From contig JAUCBJ010008890.1 in assembly GCA_032718475.1 (NCBI GenBank), positions 62,001 to 126,000 of the forward strand: 64,000 bases of DNA, in the 5' to 3' direction. The notes beneath the pieces were generated by a model that saw only the letters and a list, made by a program, of their open reading frames with translations, was not told the DNA's origin and searched no databases. This DNA is from Nemertoderma westbladi. Its lineage: Eukaryota; Animalia; Xenacoelomorpha. The translations under genes and the position numbers were made by a program. Shown here one piece after another: positions 12,683-25,032 of the stretch (positions are counted from its first letter, which is position 1; every line of letters starts with the position of its first letter).

Positions 12683-13447
12683 TTCTCCAGCACACCACTT
12701 CTCCCCACAGGAGAATATTTGTTTATCTGTTGTCTCCCTCACTCCCACATAAAACTACAGTATCTAGTATAGAGATGGTTGGGGATTAATTTAACATATG
12801 GTTTTTTGGGTAGGGCTAATACTTGGAGCGTGCGATCATGCGCGCAGGCTGCTTCATAAAGTACAATGTGAAAGAATGCAATCTATTGCAAACCAGATGT
12901 TTAGTGTAATTTTCTCAGACGATTTGACAATGGTCTACATGATAACGAAGCTGGAGGTTTAAATAATTTAAAATTCGTGGCAGTCCCATGTTGGCATACA
13001 GTATAACTCAACATAGGATTCAATGGGATTAGTTATGCTACGTCTAATAAGAGCCAAGATCAATCTGTGAGGGTAAATTATGTTTTGGGCCCCGCTCGCA
13101 TCTTTATATTTCATTCTACCTTTAACCTTTACCTACTGTACAACAAAAATAATACAAATGTACTGTATATTGTATTGTAGTACGGTTCCTATTGAATTGT
13201 ATATTTTATCTACTGTAGCTACCTACTGTAGTACTACTATCTATTCATCGCGCGTCCCTAACTGATTGATTTGTGTCAAATTAAATTGCCTTTGGCAACA
13301 TTATTTGATACAAATCGATCGATTAAACAATTAATTAATTGTTTAATCGACCAATTAATTAATTAATTGATTAATTAATGACCTACTTAACACCTAAGGT
13401 ATGAAGTTGGTCCAACTGTCGCAGAAGTAGGGTATACTATTACTACT

Positions 13448-14636
13448 TGTAAAAGCTTTTGTGGGATAACTGATTCGTTTGCCTTGCTAACCAGTTCCCC
13501 CCAGGCGCTAGAATACTCTAAAAAGGGATCTATAACTCGAATAGCGCAAGCTACCGGCTGATTGGCTGATTCGCTGTGCGAAGGGATCTGGGCTACGTTT
13601 GATTGTGCAACCAGCTTGGGAAAGTTGCCCCCCAGCCCTGCTTCTGTATCTGCCAATAGGATTTGAGTTGATTTTGATTTCGACCTATCACAGATCTACT
13701 GAACTGAATTTTCCTATCTGTATGCTCTTTCTCTGTGTTGGGTGGAAGCCTTTGTAAATAAGGTTATTCTTATCAGTTTTCAGTGTTGTTGGTCTTTCTT
13801 TCCTGAGCCAGGAGAGAACGGCTTGGAAATATTTTGTGCTTTTCTGTTTTAGTCGAACACTAGTAGGCTTAATTATAAGGACATATATCCGTTATCAAAC
13901 CAATGAACCAAACAAACAATCTAAACCAAACTGATTGTTGCTCTTTCTCTGTGCATACTTTTATATTGTTATACTGCTATTTACTGTCAGTTCTTCATAA
14001 TATGGTTGACGAATTATTATATTTGGAATAACGATAAATAACCCCGAATCCCAATATTCTTGATATACCGAAGGTAAGAGAGAAAGGTTACATATAACGA
14101 TTGTGACTTATGTTAAAGTGGTTTGAAGTGAATCTAATGTTATTTGATAGACCCTACATGAGTCGGTCCGTGTTCCTTTTATATATAACTAAAATCAGTG
14201 AAGATCGGCAGATCAGTGTGCAGTATTGTGCAGCATTGTGTATGAGTGAGCCTGATAACGAAGCATTTCCTAAAGAATGCGCCATATATGTGAATTATAA
14301 CTAAGCCATATCGTTGTGAGTAGTTTAAGTCATAACTCTGTTTGTATAGATAGAGCGCCACGTCCTAAAGGAACTGTTAATATTTCCCGAAGGTTAATAA
14401 TATTGTCAGAGATTATATAATACTGTCAGTCGAATAATACATTAAGCTTACATAGCAATAAGATTAAGCCGTCGAACCCAATCTCCCGGGTATATCCAGC
14501 GGGTGAATGATCGCGCACAGATTGGATTCGACTAGTGTAGTGAATTAAATACTTGTCATAGGCTAAAAGTGATTTATTATCTAGAAGACATTCTAATTTG
14601 GCGGGTTAAACTGCCAAAGGTCTGAAAGCGCGAACA
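13448..14636 (+). repeat. 5' LTR of element 1
   Basis: TGTAAAAGC...GCGCGAACA; by eye differs from the 3' LTR by about 3 substitutions and one 10-bp block. Confidence 0.97.
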
Positions 14637-14647
14637 ATAACGGATAT
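14637..14647 (+). promoter_or_regulatory. Non-tRNA primer-binding site candidate (ATAACGGATAT)
   Basis: Abuts the LTR end, lacks TGG, and is the exact reverse complement of LTR 13885-13895; identical in element 2. Confidence 0.7.
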
Positions 14648-14999
14648 TGCTTCTTTATTGCAGTAAGCTATAAAGTTGAAAGTACCGGTCAACCGGTAAA
14701 CCTGAACGGTACTTCAGTAGGTCAGTAGGCCCAACCGCCAGAACCGGTACTGCCGTAGGTCCGTAGGTCCAACTGCCAGAACCGGTACTTCTGTAGGTCC
14801 GTAGGCCCAACTGTCCTAACCGGTACTTCCGTATAAGTACATTAGTATTATTCGATTTGATTGTTACATACCGGTAGGCTGTTTAAGAGATTAGGGACTG
14901 TACACCCCTTGTTTCTTTGGAGCTTACTTATTTCTGTCAGTTTTATTTATTTGTAGGTCAGTATTGAACAGAAGGAGTGTAAGCCTGATCAGATTGTAC

Positions 15000-15575
15000 A
15001 GACAATTTGTAGGCTGAGCTGTTGTCTGATTGCTGTTAGGTCTGAACGGATTGCAGTGTGTGTAGATCACCTGTCCGATAAAGAACGGTTAGGAAGTAGG
15101 GGCAGCAAATGCTGTAAGGTAAACCCCCAACTAAAGAATAAGTTGTACTACTGGGTTAGAACGCATACTACCTAATCATTTCGGAGTCTGCATGTCCTGT
15201 AGTTTATTTAGGCTTGAGAGTAGTCTGCCATCGTTGAGTCTGTACTTTGTTTGTGTAAGTCTGTACGGGTAGCTTATAATATTTATTTAGATAATTTGTA
15301 GGCTGGATAGTTGTCTGGCTGTTATTAGGTCTGAACGGATTGCAGCGTGTGTAGATCACTTGTCCGATAAAGAACGGTTAGGAAGTAGGGGCAGCGAATG
15401 CTGTAAGGTAAACCCCCAACTAAAGAATAAGTCGTACTACTGGGTTAGAACGCATACTACCTAATCATTTCGGAGTCTGCATGTCCTGTAGTTTATTTAG
15501 GCTTGATAGTAGTCTGTCAGTATTCGGTCTGCATTTTGTTTGAGTGGTTTGTACGCGTAGCGTAATATTTATTAT
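15000..15575 (+). repeat. ~289-bp tandem duplication in the 5' leader of element 1
   Basis: Copies start AGACAATTTGTAGGCTG (15000) and AGATAATTTGTAGGCTG (15289); same duplication in element 2 (~38002-38578). Confidence 0.9.
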
Positions 15576-16890
15576 TCAGAGTTTATGCGATTATTCGCAA
15601 CATTCATTCCCCAAGTTTGTTCCTACAATAATTGTGTTTGTTATACATACCGCTATAGTTAAATTAACCCCGGTACTACACGGGCTGCTTGGCGTAGGTA
15701 AAGACTGGTGATTTTGTGCACCGGTCACTCCAGCAGATGCCGTGGTTCTTTTAGCTGTTCAAGTATATTTAACTACTGATTATCTGTTGTACAAGTACTC
15801 GTACCTAATTTAGGGTTTAGTGTACAGTGCTTTCCGAAAGTAATTAGTGTAGGCATTATATTTGTGTTGTAAAGTGGTTGATAGGCACGTTCGATTAGCT
15901 CTATTAACTTCTAGGTAGGAACACTCCGTGATACATAACGTAGTACCTATAGCGACACGGCTATAGGTCGTCAGGCGGTGGTATTTCCTATCTGGACAAC
16001 GCAGTGTATTTACTACTACTTATTATTTTCAAATACCGTAGTACCCTGTCCGTTGTAATAACCAGATTTCTAACCCTTTGTTAGGCTGGTTTGTAGACTT
16101 CTTGTAAAATTACCCTGAAAATTCGTATTTTGTGTTTTTGTAAATTTTTGTGTTTATTTAGAGATTGTAATCTCACCCGAATTGTACGTAATTTGTAGTA
16201 TTAAGTAACTTAGGTAAATTAGCATTATTTGTTTTAGTGTCCTATAAGTAACACTTCACTGAAAGCGCACCGCTTTGTGTAGTGATTACTCCCCAGAAAT
16301 AATAACATTTATTTCAAACATTGACAAAACCCATTAAAACGGGTATATATATTATAAATCAAATCTAACGATTTATAAATAGTAGGACTACCATACAACC
16401 ATTAGGTCTCAATATCAGTTGGATTACTGCTCAAATAACGGTAATAAAGTAAGTAAAGTAACCAAGTAACCCAAAAATTCAGAAATTCAATTATTTAAAA
16501 TAATTGATATACCGGTATTTACGATAGGCCTATTATCTTTATTTCTATAAATCTAGGCTGAAATTATACCGGTACTTGTAATTAATTCTATTCCAGAATT
16601 ATATATACTACAAACTGTAAGCTGTATACCGGTATTCCCGATAGGCCTATTATATATTTATATATATTTGTGCTAAAATTATACCGGTATTCTGTGATAA
16701 AACCTATTCTGTAATAATACTTATATAGTTATATATACTATAAGTATACCGGTATTCTAATATATTATATATATCACGCTACACTGAGTAGCAGTATCGG
16801 TAATTAATTACTAGGCTAGCAGTTAATACTGAATTACTAGACTTGCTCAGACTGTAATACAGCAGTAGACATTCAACTGTATACATAAAC

Positions 16891-19800
16891 ATGTCTGATA
16901 CTAAGCAGAACCTGTCAGACAGTTTATTAGATGTAACTATCTGCGACTCAGATAGAGATGTAGAACTGTCTAGTCGTAAGTTCAGTTCACCTCCCACTGT
17001 GAGGAAGGTCATCCCTCCAGTAGTAATAAAAGAACCTAGGCTGGTCCAACATCGTAGGTCTATCATAGGCACTCGAGCTCAGGTCAAGCGGGACCAAGAA
17101 GCAGCAGAACAGCAACAACCCGCTAGCCAAGAACTTATTTCTCAACGGCCCAACAGCTCCAGTAGTGAGGATACTGTAGAACTGACACCAGAACGCGGAG
17201 CAAAGATGATGGATGCGGTTTATTCGGATCCCCTTCTCATCCTTCCTGCAGCCGTACTCACTAGGTTATTGATCGCTGTGGAAGAACACCAGATCGATTG
17301 GGCGAGAAGCCAGCGTTCAACTAGAGATAGTTATGCTGGATACACGAGGGAAGAACTGAAGTCTATTGTCGAGTCGCAATGGAACTTCCCCGGACCCGGA
17401 CTCCCGTTTGATTTATCAGAAGCTGCCTGGGAAGACATACACCGGATGGGAGTAGCCAAGGAAACCATCGATCCCGCTATGTGGAAGAGGTCCGCAGCCG
17501 GATACGCACAGGGATTCTTCAGCTCTATGGAGCGAGTAAAAGGACAACTGTTTCAACAACCACAAGGACCTCAAGAGCAGGGACAACTGCTTTATCAAGT
17601 GAGAGAAAGAATTCTGCGAATTAGGCTAATCTTATCAGCCTTTGAGGAGGCTTCTAAAAGAAGACAAGACACGTCGTTGCAAGTTGCCGTAAAGACCTGG
17701 TTTCAACGGGTGAGTCGCCAGGTTCAAGGAGCAGCTCAGTGGAAAGCACAGTTGGAGGAGCGCTCAACCCATGGAGAATCAACGGACGTTACTTCTTCCC
17801 AAGTGGAAAGTGAAGCGACGGCAGAGAAACCGCATAAGAGGGATGCCATTGACATCTATCTGTCAGACTATCAACGTTTTTTAGGTGATGACGAGTTGAG
17901 GAGAAGGTTAGAGGGACTTAGCCCTAATAGTGAAGGAACCAAGCTTGTGTTGGATGCCATCGATGTGGAAATGAGGGCTGCGAATCAGGCTAAATTCGAT
18001 GAACAACTCCGCATCGCTAGAGAAAAGGAAGAACAAGTAAAGAAAAAACGTATAGAAGACAGAAAGATAGCAGCCGTAGCAGAGGCAGAAAGAAAAGCGA
18101 CCTTGGCAGAAGCAGTGGCAGAGGCAAAAGCGGCAGAAGCAGAAGCCGAGGCAAAGGCAAAAGCGGCAGCGGCAGAGGCAAAAGCAGAAGCCGAGGCAAA
18201 GGCAAAAGCGACAGCGGCAGAGGCAAAAGCAGCAGCGGCAGATGCAAAAGCGGCAGCGGTGGCGGAAGCAGAACGGAGAGCGGCTGAAGAGATCACCCAA
18301 CTGGAGTTGGAAAATCTTCAAGAGAATCAAGACTGCATAAATAAACAGATAACAGCTAGTAATATGCAGATGATGAATCGATCTACTCCCAAAAGACAGG
18401 GATATACATCATCTGAGGAAGGCGATACCACCGATACTGAAGGCAAAGGAAATAGATCTCGTCTAAGCAGACGTAAAAGAACATTCCACCGTCAGAAATT
18501 GCCTGATTTGCCTCCAGCTGTTAGAAGGCAACTAAATAACACCAACTTAGGTAGTACAGAGCCCACAGACCAAATAATTAAAATAGAAAGACTCCCTACT
18601 ATAGTAGATGAGCCTGAAATAATTAGGCCTGTTCTTGAAATCACCCCTTCGGTGATAGATATACCTGTGCTCCCTGAAACTACCTCTAAATTCCCTCTGC
18701 ATAGCACTAAGTTACCTGTGCCCCGTAGAACTGCCCAGGAGACAGTTCAGGTCCTGGACCCCGAGCGAAATATTCCTGATTTGTCGCCCGTTGTCCCTCG
18801 TCCGCTCGCTACAACGTTGGCGACTCCCGCTTCGGCGGTCGAATGGGTGGACGAGAGATGGCGGGGGATGGATCTCCTGCTCGGGCAGATGCAGGAGACG
18901 GTTCAGCAATTCAAGGGCACAGTAAGGGAAAGTAGGCTTGAGTTGCAAGAAGTGCAGCAAAGTATCGCGCTAGAACGCGATAAATTAGTAAATACACAAA
19001 GGGGTATACCACCACCCCCTGTAACAATGTGTCAACCTGTTAGGTCTGAAGTATCTCATGCGCAAGGTGTGGAGCCTACACGCATATATACTGCTAGCGA
19101 AGTAGAAACTCCTATAGTGAACCCTATTAAGGGTAATTATAGACCTGTTGATAATGACATTCCCTATAGAACTGATCATAATCCGAGAAATTTATATACC
19201 GATAACTCGATATTAAATAACACGATGGCCCAAGAAAGTTTTACGCGTCAAATGGCTAGAACCGAAGCCCGGCAAGCGGTAAAGGTGGGAGAGATCGTCA
19301 AGTTCAATGGAGATGAGATGAAATGGTTACCTTTTAATGAATATTACAAAGATAACATACAGAACTCTGTACTATCTAATGGAGAAAAACTTAGATACCT
19401 CATCGAGTGCTTGGAAGGATCTCCCAAGTTAATGGCGTTAAAGTTTATTGGACATCCAGACGGATTAAGACAAGTTTGGGATACACTAAACATCAGGTAT
19501 GGTAATAGGAATAACATCGCTGGGTATTTGTATGCAAAGTTGGTAGCGCCCCGAAAGTTTATTAGCAGCGGAATTATCGAGTTTTCCGATGAGATTCAGG
19601 AGATCTGTAGACAATTAGATTGGCTAGGTAAGTCTCAGGAGTATCAGAATGCTATGGTTATTAGAGCAGTGGCTTCTACTTTACCGAAGGGTGGAGTAGG
19701 TACACGCTGGGATAAGAAAGTGTTATATATGATGGAACAACAACGACGAGACCCTACCATGGCTGATCTCATGTCATTCCTAGATGGAGAAGTGAAATTA

Positions 19801-22800
19801 CAGCTCCTGAAACAGTCCAGAGAGAAGACACCGGAAAACAAGGTAAGTGAAAAACCCGTCTCTAGGAGAAAGGTAACACCAGTGTGTTATACAGACGACG
19901 GCGAAAGCCAGACTTCTCAAGGAGAAGATAGCGGGAAAGACACTGAGAGATCTTATTATGTCAATAAAATGCCTAAAGATCAGGTAAGTAAATTCAAGTC
20001 TCGAGCGAATGACAGGAGAGAACAGGTAAGAAAAACTCCTCCCACGTCTCCCAAGAGAATTCCGGTGAGAAAGCCCGAAGAAAAGGCAAGTGTACACAAT
20101 GTGACTCAAAATAAGGTAAGTAACATCAAACCGAAATGTGCGCTGTGTGACGGGACCCACCGTTTGAATATGTGTGATGAATTCCTGAAGAAGTCATTAA
20201 CGGAGAGACGCGAAGTCATGTGGGATAAGCGGTTATGTTATAATTGTCTCAGACAAGGACACCAACGGCGAACCTGTTTCTCTGACATAAGGTGTGCAAA
20301 GTGTGGTGCGAAACATCATATCTTGTTGCACGCTGAATTCGAGCGAAATAGTCCGAATCAGGTAAGTGATTCCGAACTACATGTCCAATTCAGTGATGTG
20401 AACGACACTGATCAATCTGAGATGGAAGGATTCTATACGGACGAGTTCTCCGACGAAAACGAATCCTGTTATATGATAAATACCGCCATGTATCGAGCAC
20501 TCACATATGAAAAGGATACAGACAGCGACTTCACTCTAACTACTTCTGAACGACAACCATCTTGGAAAGAACCATCTTCCAATGTAGGGATCCGAGAGTT
20601 TCCTGTGGTGCAAGTAAGGGTTCACGGACCTAAGAGGAGTTATGTAGTGAACGCCCTCCTTGACTCCGGTAGTACAGGAACATTCATCGACAAAGAGCTA
20701 GCCGAAGATATATTCGATGGACAACCCAAGTTCCGAACTAAGCTAAACATGTCAGGAATTATGCAAGTTTGGAAATCTACAATAACAGCGGATTATTATG
20801 TAGGAGCGTTGTCCACCCCCCAGGACGAACTAGGAGAACATAGCATAAGGTCAGTGAAAATGGTGGCTATAAAGAACTTCGCTACTACTCAAGCAGACCT
20901 TTATAATTGGGACGAGGATGAGAGCATCCAACCTCTTAACATACCTCGATTCCAGACTGATTATCCTGGAGTGCAAATACTCATCGGCCAAAACGCGCAT
21001 GAGGCGCTGGAGACATTAGAGAAACGGCCTGCTCAACCGCAGCCATTGCAGACCTATGCGGTAAGAACTAGAGTAGGTTGGTACTTTACTGGCCCTTCCC
21101 GTAGAACACTCAGAGAAAGACTACCGCAAGAGCGCGTCTACCAGGTGAGTGAATGGGAAGATGATACTAGTGAGGGAGACGATTTAACTGAGGGAACTCC
21201 ATACTCCTCAGATAACGATGACGTGCACCAGCTTTTTGATGAGGAAAATACCATCGACCTCCTTAAGGAAAACGAGGCTTGGCAAAACCAAGTGAACTTA
21301 TGTCAACTTCTTTATCCAACTGAACGAGAAGCTTATAACGACGAGTTAAATGACGTCATTGAGCGTCGTAACGCCAAGACTCGAGATGAACATGCCGTAA
21401 GATTCTTTACGCAAGAGGCGGTAGAGCCCAATTCCTACGATAAAGCCTTGTCGGTGGAAGAGGAAAGGGCCAAGCAGATCCAAGAGACAACTACACGTTT
21501 CCTCAAAGATCAAGGTAGGTATGAAGTCGGTCTACCTTTCCGCAAGAAAGAACCAAAGTTCATCAATAGCAGACCCTTAGCGGAAAAAAGAATCGCGCAA
21601 CTCCATCGACGCCTTACGGCTAATTCTTCAGCTAAAGCAATGTATCAAACACAGCTGGAGAAATTTATTAGTAAGGGATACGCGGAGAGAGTACCGGAAG
21701 AAATACCTGTGACTGAAAGAACGTACTACTTAACTCACCATTACGTTCCTAAACCCGGTAAGCCACATGAAGTGAGAGTAGTGTTTGATGGCTCCGCTCT
21801 TTACATGGGTCAATCCCTTAACTCTGAATTGTTACCCGGACCCAACTTGCTTCAATCTTTGTTGGGAATTCTTTTAAGATTGAGACAATATTCGATTGCT
21901 TTCGCCTCCGATATAGAAGGCATGTTCTTACAAGTCAAGGTGTTAGATAGGGATCGAGATAGTCTACGATTTCTGTGGTGGCCCGAAGGAGACCTCAACC
22001 AGAAACCGGTGGAGTACTGGATGACCATCCAGGCCTTTGGGATAATCTCAAGCCCTTCCAACGCCTGTTCGGTAGTGCGTACCACTGCAGAGGACAACCG
22101 AGAGGCCTTCTCTAAGGAAGTGATCGACAACATCAAGAGAGACATATACATGGACGACAATCTGAAGTCCCTTCCATCAGTTGAGGAAGCCATTGAGGTC
22201 GCTAAAGGAACGGTAGAGTGCTTAAAAAGAGGTGGGTTTCGATTAACGAAATTCACCAGCAACTCCCGTGAGTTTCTGGAGTCGATCCCTGCGGAAGATC
22301 GAGGAGCGAAAGATCTCGATTTGATCAAAGATGATCTGCCAGAAACCAAGACACTCGGCTTGAAATGGGACACAGAGCGAGATATCCTGTTTTTCCAACT
22401 AAAACAGCGAGATAATCCAGTTCGAACCAAACGGATTTGTTTAAGTATACTGAGCACTTATTTCGATCCATTGGGATTTATTAGCCCAGTTATATTGATT
22501 GCTCGGAGTTTGGTACAACAAATGTGGCTTGAAAACCACTCATGGGACGATCCACTTAAGGGAGAATTATTGAAGAAGTGGATGGAATGGGAAGATTCTC
22601 TGCCGGCTATCGAGGATTTTATAATTTCCCGTTCATATTTTGGTCATGTTCTCCCTACGTATTCCTATCAACTCCATGTGTTTGGAGACGCCAGCGATAT
22701 GGGAATAGGTATAGTAGCCTACCTAAGAGTGGAAACTCCGGATGGAATCAAAGTCGCCTTGGTTACTTCTAAGGCATTAATCAACAACAAGTTGAAAGTT

Positions 22801-25032
22801 CCTCGAGCGGAGTTAAAAGCGGCTCTATACGCTACAGCCATCGGCCGGAATGTAACAGAACAGATTGACTATCCATTAGAGAAAACTGTCTATTGGACCG
22901 ACGCTTTACTCGTGTTAGAGTATATAACCAATGAAGTCTGTCAGTTCAGCGTCTTCGTTACCAACAGAGTAGCCATCATACTTAGTCGCACGACGATGGA
23001 TCAATGGAGGCATTGCCCCGGAACGATTAATCCAGCAGACATCGCTTCCAGGGGAGCGACTCCAAAGGAATTGGTAAATACTCCCGAATGGTTAGGAGGA
23101 CCTGACTTTCTCTACAGAGAAGAAGAAGAATGGCCTCCCCATCTCACAACAGCAGAGATCAGACAGGCCAAGGGAGCGGAGAAAGTTAAACCCAAAACTC
23201 GAGCGAGTAAATCGAAGTTGTTTAAACCTGCGGTTGATCTATCTGTATTATTTACTTACGGAGAGGATGCTTTGGATCCGAAACCCACCACTACGACTAA
23301 AGAAGTCTTGGAAATCCGTGACAAGGATTAGAAATCTGGAATACCAGATATCGCGCAAGGACTCTCACCCCTCTTGCAGAGAGCGATACGTCACTACAGC
23401 TCCTGGAATCGGCTCTGTAAAGCCGTCACATATTTAAAACGATGTTTTCATCATCGTTACTCCGGGACAAAGACCAATAGTGATGATGCTCCATCAACAT
23501 CTGCACGAGTCCATGTTGTTAAAGACCTTCCCCAATACAAGATATCCGACAGGTTTCTAAAGGAGAAGATCAGTTACCAGGAGCATGATGAAACCAACAA
23601 ACAGATGCTGAGACTCCTACAATGCTATGAGGATCCCGATAAGTATTTCCTGTTGTTAAGAAATCCGCAGATGCGCTTAAGGGATCGCTTCTCTAGTACC
23701 ATGATAGATGGGTTAATACGTGTTGGAGGCAGGCTTACCAACGCCCCATTATCCTTTGACACTAAGTTCCCCATACTCATTAGAAATCTTGACATACAAA
23801 TCAAGATGATTGTAGATGTTCACAGCAAACTGTACCATGCTGGTAGAGAACGAGTTCTGAGCGAAATTCGAACTCGCTACTATTTTTATAAACCCCGTAG
23901 GGCTCTGAACCAAGTTCTTAGGAACTGCATACCCTGTAGGAAAGCATTCAGTAGGCCTTTAACACAGCGAGAGGCAGAATTACCTAGGGAAAGAGTAAGC
24001 TTCTATGAACCACCCTTTACTAATACTGGTGTGGATTTATTTGGCCCTATTGAAGTATATCGTGCCCGGACTATAGTCAAGAGATGGTGTGTCATCTTCG
24101 TTTGTATGACTTGTAGAGCTATCCATCTCGATATGGTAAACGATCTATCCACCAACAGCTTCGTGTTGAGTTTACGACGACAGATCGCTCGCTTCGGAAC
24201 CAGTAACACGATGAGATCGGATAAGGGAACGAACTTCATTGGCACCAACAACGAAATTCAAGCTTACGTAAAGGACTGGAACAAAAGACAGGTGGACGAT
24301 CAGCTAAGGATAACAGCGTCTAGCTGGACCTTCAACGCCGCCGACGCCCCTTGGTGGGGAGGAAGTTGGGAGAGATTGATTAGGAGCGTGAAGACTGCGT
24401 TCCACTTTATTGTGCCTTGTCGCGCTTATCTCACCGACGAATTATTGCGGACGTTAATGGAGGAAATCGCCGCCTATCTCAACGAAAGACCGCTTATGCC
24501 AGTCTCTTCAAATCCGGATTCCCTGGAAGCGCTAACACCCGCGCACTTTCTACTGAAGAAACCCGTAGCCATGCTCTCACGATCGGAGATCACAGACGGA
24601 GACGAGTACTGCCGTCGAACCTGGCAACTTATGCAGTTGCTATCCCGTCGTTTCGCTGACCATTTCGAGAAACATTACCTGCCCACTCTACAACTTCGAA
24701 CTAAGTGGTTTGCGCAGCAAGAAAACGTCAGCGCTGGAGACATGGTGCTTATTGTGGACCCCGATCTCCCACGTAAGCGATGGCAAACAGGACGTATCAT
24801 CGAGACTCATATCTCGAGCGATGGTTTGGTGCGATCAGTAGAGCTCGTCGTAATGCGGCGTAACTTTAAGAAACCAGGGATAGTCTTTGAGACTCAACAG
24901 CTCAATCGCCCAGTGGGTCGTTTATGTTTACTGGAAAGAGACAGAGAGCTCTCCGGAAACTATGGAAGGCAAGAAACTCTTCCCACGACCACTTCCCTAA
25001 TCCAACCGACATCTAGGGACTCCCCAACTTAA
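16891..25032 (+). CDS. BEL/Pao Gag-Pol polyprotein (~2713 codons) interrupted by one nonsense codon
   Basis: Three Gag knuckles (CALCDGTHRLNMC, CYNCLRQGHQRRTC, CAKCGAKHHILLH), protease LLDSGS, RT YMDD, RNase H HVFGDAS and NPADIASRG, integrase H..H..CIPC, VDLFGP, SDKGTNF, GGSWERLI; TAG at 23329-23331 is TGG in element 2 and both ORF pieces share one frame. Confidence 0.95.

Noticed and set aside
12529-12789. PQ-repeat protein
   Set aside because: Translation of a hexamer microsatellite
13387-14361. Small ORFs in the LTRs (also 30933-31928)
   Set aside because: Duplicated only because the LTRs are duplicated; not preserved as ORFs in element 2 LTRs
17908-18330. Cys-rich or Leu/Pro-rich antisense ORFs (also 41109-41459)
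   Set aside because: Shadow frames of the low-complexity Gag repeat
23329-23331. Programmed stop-codon readthrough before integrase
   Set aside because: The sister element has TGG here, so a simple nonsense mutation is more parsimonious; likewise TGA 27961 versus CGA
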